Source: Octopus vulgaris
Taxonomy: Eukaryota
Length of the DNA stretch: 64,000 bases
Direction: 5' to 3'
Assembly (NCBI GenBank): GCA_951406725.2
Contig: OX597818.1
Location: forward strand, 90,892,001-90,956,000
The notes beneath the pieces are model-generated. The model searched no databases, was not told where the DNA came from, and saw only the letters and a program-made list of their open reading frames with translations. The position numbers and the translations under genes were made by a program. Below, in pieces: positions 56,532-64,000 of this stretch (its first letter is position 1; each line of letters begins with the position of its first letter).

Positions 56532-58038
56532 TATTGACCAAAGAAGATGACTAAAGCTGGGAATGTATTCAAAAGCCGCCAACAAAAAGTCAACCATTTG
56601 TTATTCATGGATGACCTCAAACTTTATGGTAAAAATGAAGCCTAAGTCAGTTCCCTCGTTGATACAGTGTATACCTTCAGTGCTGATATCAGAATGGAGT
56701 TCGGATTGAGAAAGTGTGGTGTGTTAGACTTGAAGAGAGGCAAAATCAAATGTATGGACGGGCTAACGATACCATCGGGGGAGGTTATGAAACAGATAGA
56801 AGAGACGGGTTAGGTGGAGTACTTGCGCAGACTGATACTGATCCTTAAGTCGAAATTAAATGGACGGAATAAGATCGAAACTATCAATACCTGGAAGGTT
56901 TCACTCCTTTGGTATGGAGCAGGAGTAATCGCATGGACAGTAGACGAACTAGACGGTTTAGACAGAAAAACAAGGAAGTTGCTAACTAGATACGGTTCAC
57001 TCCACCCAAAAAGTGACACATACAGACTGTATGTACCAAGAAAAAGAGGAAGAAGAAGAGGACTTATTGGATGCGAACACAGCATTAGAGTAGAAGAAAA
57101 CACAGAACCGCTGTTTTTACAAGTAGGAAGATCAGGCTTGTGTAGGATGAAAGATTGCAAAGATAAAGCCCTATACAAGAAATTGAAAACGAATAAAACT
57201 GAAAATAGGTGAGTAAAGAAAAGAATGCATGCCCAATTTCATAGGGATGTTGAAAATGAGACAGAAAGAGAAAAAAATGGCTGTGGATGACTAAAAATGA
57301 TTTAAAACTGAAAACGGAGGACATAATCTGTGTTGCCCAAGAACAAGCTACATAACATACAGAATAGACAACACAGCAGAAAGTGAAAAGTGCAGAAATT
57401 GTGGACAAAACGGTGAAACCGTATGGTATATTACCAGCAAATGTACGCCACTAGCCCAGAAGGAATATAAGGGACACCACGACTATAGCCACGCTTGTCC
57501 ATTGGACACTCTGCAACAAGTATAGACTTGACAGAAGAAAAAATTGGTATAACCACAAACCTGAGGGTATCGTCGAAGAGAGAAATGCAAAGATCTTATG
57601 GGATTTTATGATTCAGTGCGACCATGAGATAGAGAATAGGAAGCCGGACAAAGTCTTAATTGAGATCATAGATAGATCATGCCTAGCTGACAACAAGGTA
57701 TGCGATAAAGAAGAAAGACAAGTTGAGAGATATGATAAGTTAGCTTGGGAAGTTAAGCAGTTGTGGTCGATGAAAAAGGTAGCAGTAGTACCAATAATTG
57801 TCGGAGCCCTGGGAATAATGAGCAAAAATCTCGAAAAGTACGTGGAACAAATAGGAGCTGCAATAAGGGTGGAGTACTTGCAGAAAACAGCACTGCTTGG
57901 AACCGCTCGACTACTCCGGAAGGTGCTCAAAAAATAAGAGGTGTTACCTTAGTTCACTGGTAATGAACAGCTGACACTAGTACATCTCCAGCGTTAGAAG
58001 CTGTGCATAGGCAATAATAATAATAATAATAATAATAA
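56532..58038 (+). mobile_element. R4/Dong-clade LINE fragment 2 with 3' UTR and (TAA)n end
   Basis: KVNHLLFMDDLKLYG, MEFGLRKC, LDRKTRKLLT..HPKSDTYRLY, RKPD, KTALLGTARLLRKVL*; ends in (AAT)n from 58013. Confidence 0.92.
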
Positions 58039-58435
58039 TTATTATTATTATTATTATTATTTCTATTATAGGCGAACGTTGTGTGGAGAGACAGGTTGAT
58101 TCCATCGATCCCAGTACTCAAATGGTATTTATTTCATCAAACTCGAAAAGAGGGGAAAAAGAAGACGTTATTGGTGTAAGTGTGAACTCGGTAATTAAAG
58201 AGTTCACAGTTCAAATTCCGTAATAATAATACTTTGACCGTTTCCCCGATATTTGAAACTTCCTGGAAACGATGCTAACCGAGGCAGGATGTGACATCCG
58301 AATGTAAAGAGTCGAAGTTGAATACTGGTGTGTGTTAATTTCTGTTGTTGATGATGATTAAGAATATGTTGTTGTCTTCGCGGTGGCTGCTGATTATGTA
58401 CAATAAAAAAAGAAGAGAAGGAAATGGAGAAAACA

Positions 58436-58494
<59 letters not shown>

Positions 58495-60212
58495 AGAGGA
58501 AGAAGCAAACGAGAAAGAGGATATAGCCAGACTAACTGCCACGTCTATTGAACCTATAATTAATTAATTAAAATCTAAAGCGAATGTTTGTTATTTAGTA
58601 AAATAATTGTCGACATCTTTGATAGAATCTAGGGAATATTTTAGAATTATTTCTAAAGCAATAAACAAGAAGTATTTTGATTGTATTTTGTTTTTGTTTT
58701 TTACTCTTTAATATGAAATTTTTGTTTATTTCTGATGTCAGTTTGCCAGCAATAAATAGAATTATCAAACCAAATTAGCTGAACTTGCTGGGAGCTACTC
58801 TAAAATATAAATTCAACGACGACAACGTTAATTAGCAACTATAATGAATTTAAGAGATAGACTGAAACGTTACATGTTTTCTCTTTTTAAGCACACAGCT
58901 GTAATATATTTTCATTGCTTAGATTAATCTACAAACTACGAAGTTCTTATAGATTATTCTATTGTTCAGAAGTTTTCTATATTTCAAGGGAAATATTTGT
59001 AAACTTCAAAATGTGTGAACAGTATAAACACACAGTGTCACCTTCAAGGCTATGTATATATATTGTTTCAGTAAACATTTGTTCAGCTATTCGTCTTTCT
59101 TCTATCTATGTAGCATCTATATTCAAAACAAACTATTTCCGTGAATTTTATTTTCCTTTTACGTTCCAACTAAATGGACAGAAATTCCCATCAGCCTGTC
59201 TTCGCCATATTATTGTTTGAAACAAGTATCTTGTGGCAAATCATTCTCTATAAGAAATCTCAATTCTGCTTGAGTTCTCAGTTAGTTTATCATAAACCAT
59301 ACTAACATAATACTAAATAATATGCATTGTTTAAAAATTCTAATAGCTGTAAGACCTTAATCACGTATGGATATTTATGTAGAACACTACTACAAACACA
59401 GTTAACAATACGGAAAAAATATAGATTTTTCCATATATTCAGCTTTGTTACAACAGATTATTTGTAATAATTTTCATAATATGAGTTAATAAAATCTTTG
59501 GTAAGAATAATGATATTCAAATTGACAGCATTGTTAAAAAACACATACTATCGAATTTGTCTAATTGCTAACCATGCCGCACGATTGTAAAACTCATCAA
59601 AACTTTAGAACAAGGTATTATAATTCCTCGTCTACTTAACATACAGGCAGTTTGTCCCAGAGTATTAATAACATAAGGAACACGGGAAATTATAATGCTG
59701 TATTTTAAACAATCATTTCTACAGGCCCCTTGGCCCCCGAATATCAATGTCATTAATAGGAATAAAGAATTTGAATATACTCTAACGTTGTGTGTGTGTG
59801 TACATGTGTGTTTGATTGTGTGCATGCCTGTGTTTGGTTGTGTGTGTGTTAATATAATTAAGTGGTCAGTTTCTCGACGAGGGAACCTTAAATTTTTACC
59901 TCTATTTCCACTTTTACTTGTTTAACATTCCGAAAGTCGAATCGTCCTTACATAAGACAAGAGAAAAATATCCTGTACAGGAGAAGTGCCAAAGCCATCG
60001 GGCCGCGAACCAGTAACTGGTCGGGGATCATTTGGTACCAGTCCGCAAGAAGAGAAGACATTTAAAAAAAAGGTTCTATTTTATTGAGTTTCGGAGTCTC
60101 TAGGGTGTTTCTGAATTATATATGCATTACATATCTGATATATGAATTACATTCATATATGAACGATAAGCAACCAAAGAGATATAAACAACATCGTCGA
60201 ACACACAAACAT

Positions 60213-60698
60213 AAGGTGTGTGTTTTGCCAGTTTGTGGGTAGGCTGCGATTTATAGGCGTAAGAGAGTATTTTCTCATATTCGCCTAGTGTTAAAACAAG
60301 ATGCAAGATAGCATATATCAGGCCCCGTTACAAGAACGGTAGGCATTAATGTTTCATTATTTTTGTGACTTGTCAATATTGCGTACACGAAACGTGGCCA
60401 CACGAAGCTACATCGCTGTCTATAACTACCAGCACATGGTTCTCACAGCATTTTGCAAATAGTCATAGAAAGGGATTTAGCTTGCGCCAGGTCTCGTTTC
60501 AGGTACACAGTATTGACAAGTCTCAAAAAGGACGAAACATTAAAATCTACAGTCTACCACTCCTGCAACGGGACGTGCTGTCAGTTATTTCGTTTTTCTC
60601 TGATTTCCAGGTCTTAACATTATGATAACTGACGAGGATATGGTCTCTCTCGCCTATAAATCGCAGCCTTCACACGAACTGGCAAAACGCATACCTCG
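60213..60698. mobile_element. Mariner-type MITE with about 50-bp imperfect TIRs
   Basis: aggtgtgtgttttgccagtttgtgggtaggctgcgatttataggcg / cgcctataaatcgcagccttcacacgaactggcaaaacgcatacctcg. Confidence 0.75.
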
Positions 60699-61169
60699 AT
60701 ATTGTTCATATATATTGTATAAGTGTAATATTTAAATTATATACTATGCACTTCATTGTGTTTTGTTAAGCGTATGAGCATGCCGTGTATTGCACCGTGA
60801 TGTAAAAACTTTTCGGTACCACTCTTGTACACAGCATACTTCTTGCTTAACATTAACAGCTTCATATCTATTTAACGTTAGGATTCCTCAAATCAAAACT
60901 AAAAAAAAAATGAATCATGCAAAAACTGTACTCATAATCATAACATTTTCAGTGCCATATGGGCATTGCACAATTCCTCCACCCACTCTCGTAATCCTAG
61001 AATTTACCCCTCTCTCCACCTCGAGTGAGATTTCCTGTCGGTTAAGAATTTCATTGCAACGCTATTAACAGTAACTTTCTTTAGAATTTATATTTTCTAA
61101 ACTACGTTTCCTTCAGGGTGTTTTCGGATTTAGATACTGATTGGATATAGAGGCTCAATGCGCAATAAT

Positions 61170-61309
61170 ATGCACGCACACACACACACACGCACACACA
61201 CACACACGCACACACACACACACGCACACACACACACACACACACAAACGCACGCATACACAAACACACATACACAACCACACACAAACACACATATGTA
61301 TATATATTA

Positions 61310-61369
<60 letters not shown>

Positions 61370-61790
61370 TTCGTGTGAGTTTCTGGCGTGTATATAAATA
61401 TATATCTATGTGTGTGTATGTGAATGTGTGTGTGTGCATGACATAAATTTCTTTGGAATATACAAATGAAACCTGACAAAGCCTAATCTACGTCAGTCGA
61501 TTACACATTTTGTATTTCCGTGTGTGTGTGTATAATGTACTCCTCCTATTTTTTATCTCTCTTGCTCCCTATATGTATGCATGTATGCTTGTATATATAT
61601 ATTTGTAAATTCTAACCATATATATATATATATGTATATATAAATATATGTATATATGTGTACATACATACATATACATACATAGATACTTATATGTAAA
61701 TATATATATTTGTGTACATACATACATATACGTATATATGTATATATATATATATATATACTGTATATGCATGAATGTACATATTACATT
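61170..61790. repeat. CA/TA microsatellite tracts
   Basis: Directly visible. Confidence 0.85.
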
Positions 61791-63399
61791 ATATAATGTT
61801 AGATTAAACATCCGTTTTTAAATTCATCATTTGCTGACTTCGCGTTCTTTTTTTTTTAAAGATGTACAGAAAAGATGGGATTGATATGTTCTGTTTCTTG
61901 TCTTGATAGACTTCCATCAGAGAAAGAACACTTTCCACTGTGAGATTACTATTTTATAATTATTCATAACGTGAGAAAAACTCGCACGCTCTGTTGTATA
62001 GATTGGGATATGACCCCTTGTTTTAGTATACCTAGATATCTCTTCCTCAAACGGCAGAGAGGGCTTTTCAAGGGTCATTTTCATTGCCTTTCCTCCTGAT
62101 TATTGGAGGAGCGAGGTAAGAAAACGACTTCGTTTGTGTAATTTTTATATCTGTAGACGCAGTAAAATTGTCAATTAACCCTGCATTTCACTGCTATTTT
62201 CTTGATAATTTTAACTGTACAGCTGAATTTAGGACTTAAACCGTATTGCTGTGGTCTGAGATATAGGCCAATCATGTTAGGTGACATCGGCCTAATTGCC
62301 AGGGAGTCGTACGATGAATAGAAAACTTCCATGATTTTGCCTGCCAAAATATGGATGTGAATATAAAAACGCGGGAAAATAAGTGTGGAAGTTCCAGAAG
62401 GTTATAGGACAGGGTACCCAGTTGCTGTTTGACCTTGTGCTTAAAATGATCACTTTGCCCACAATGTACTTCTCAAAGCACGTACCATATACACAATACC
62501 TTCACCTCTTGCTACAAGAATATGTAGCTTGCCAGTACTGAGCCAGACACAACATACGTATATCCCTCACTTCGGGTAATCAGCAATATAACATCTGGCA
62601 TGTAGATTTAGTAATCAATATAACGTATGTGATTAAATTAATGGTTTCATAAAAAATTCTAAAGTGGATTTAGTTGCATAAGGAGGAAAATACGAACCTA
62701 AACCAACCAAATTCAGTCTGACCAAATAAAGTAATATATCAAATATCCATCTAATCAATGTTAAAAATGTAACTTATCCTTATGTCTTTTAGCACACATA
62801 CACTGATTGTATCTCTGTAAAAGGATTTCCCCTACGGAGTTTTCGATTTTTATGGGAAAAAAACAAAATGAACGTGTAAAAATTGGGGTCGATGGAATAC
62901 GTTACCTTTTTTAACCAGAAACTTCACCAGGGAAAGTTTACAATTTTCTGTACATCACCTGAGAGACGAGCAGCATATAACAATATAAACAATGCATACA
63001 CTCGGATACAAGGTCTTATTTTTAGCCTCCATAATAGCATGTACTAAGGTAATAATCAATTATTTGACAGTACACAGCAGAGTGGTTCCTTTTTGATAAT
63101 TTGAAATGAGAGATATCCTTTTGTGATTTTAAATCAACGTGCAATTGATAGAGACCTACTAAGCAGTGTACAAATTTACTTACATTATAATTACATACAA
63201 ACTACTAATTTATCTCCCCTTACTTAGAAAATGTATGAAAATATTCAACAATTAGGCCCGACATTTCTTGAGGTAGAGCGATAAGAGAAGATGTGGGGTA
63301 AAAGAGGTATATGGTGGTGAAGCTAAAATAATACGCTTTTTAAGGAATTTGTACCTCTCACTTCAAATTATGCAAAATTAACTCGTTTGCTAAGATCAT

Positions 63400-63680
63400 T
63401 CGCCCTTATTTTCATTTTTCCTTTGTCGTCTCCTATTCCACCTTTACTTTTCTGGATATACATTTCTAAATCGACTTCATCGAACCAAATTATCATCACC
63501 ACCGCTTTCTATAAATCTCCCGAGCCAATTCTTACCGTAACTGTTCTTCGAAGTCCAAACATATCAAACATGCCACCCCCTTATTCTGTTTCCTGTGTCT
63601 CAGCCCTCTGTGCAGCAGAGATCACGATCTTGAGACTGAATCTCAATACATGGTCCGTTTGCTCATTCCCACAAACATTC
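63400..63680 (+). pseudogene. Penelope-like RT C-terminal (thumb) remnant
   Basis: Frameshifted FLDI..TTAFYKS..NSY...SKHIKHATPLFCFLCLSPLCSRDHDLETESQYM resembles the PLE pattern T.V.YKPTD.H.YL..SSHP.H.K.AIP.SQFLRL.R.CS...F. Confidence 0.6.
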
Positions 63681-64000
63681 ACTCCACTGTAATCAAAGGT
63701 GGCAAGCTATCGAGTGACATCGAAAATCACAAATCTTCCAATTAATATTGCTTAACATCGTTTATCAAAACAAAATGTTCGTTTAAAATTAATTAAACAT
63801 ATTGACGAACTCTAAACACAAATGCGAACACTGGAAAATTACCAGTCAGAATAACGGAGTCAGATTTTGCAAAACCATTTTTTCAAATAGATGTCAAACA
63901 AATTAATTAAAACCCTCTGTTGCTACTGTCCACAATGATGTTTTCAAACATTATTATTGAACATTAAAATATGATCTGAACATACAATGACATCTATATT

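Noticed and set aside
59985-60055. hAT-like terminal sequence (gggccgcgaaccagtaactggtc...)
   Set aside because: Only one end is seen, with no partner TIR or TSD.

Overview
AT-rich, repeat-dense eukaryotic DNA, very probably an octopus or other coleoid cephalopod (inferred from the S-crystallin gene and the SINE content). One host gene is well supported: the 3' part of an S-crystallin (sigma-class GST-derived lens protein) on the + strand. It has four GT-AG exons (1623-1738, 4297-4347, 12872-12979, 14118-14282) that splice in frame to 146 aa ending in TAA; the N-terminal exons were not found in the window. The provided ORF track largely misses this gene, and most of its ORFs are microsatellite artefacts. 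The rest of the window holds at least four tRNA-headed SINE families, Helitrons, mariner and piggyBac MITEs, two R4/Dong-type LINE fragments, a CR1/L2-type 3' end and many Penelope-like fold-back remnants. The most notable observations are a Cys/His-rich micro-exon in the crystallin's variable loop and six decayed minimal hammerhead-ribozyme motifs with five different helix II sequences. I see no firm evidence for a wholly new biological system. All calls were made by eye, and repeat boundaries are approximate.
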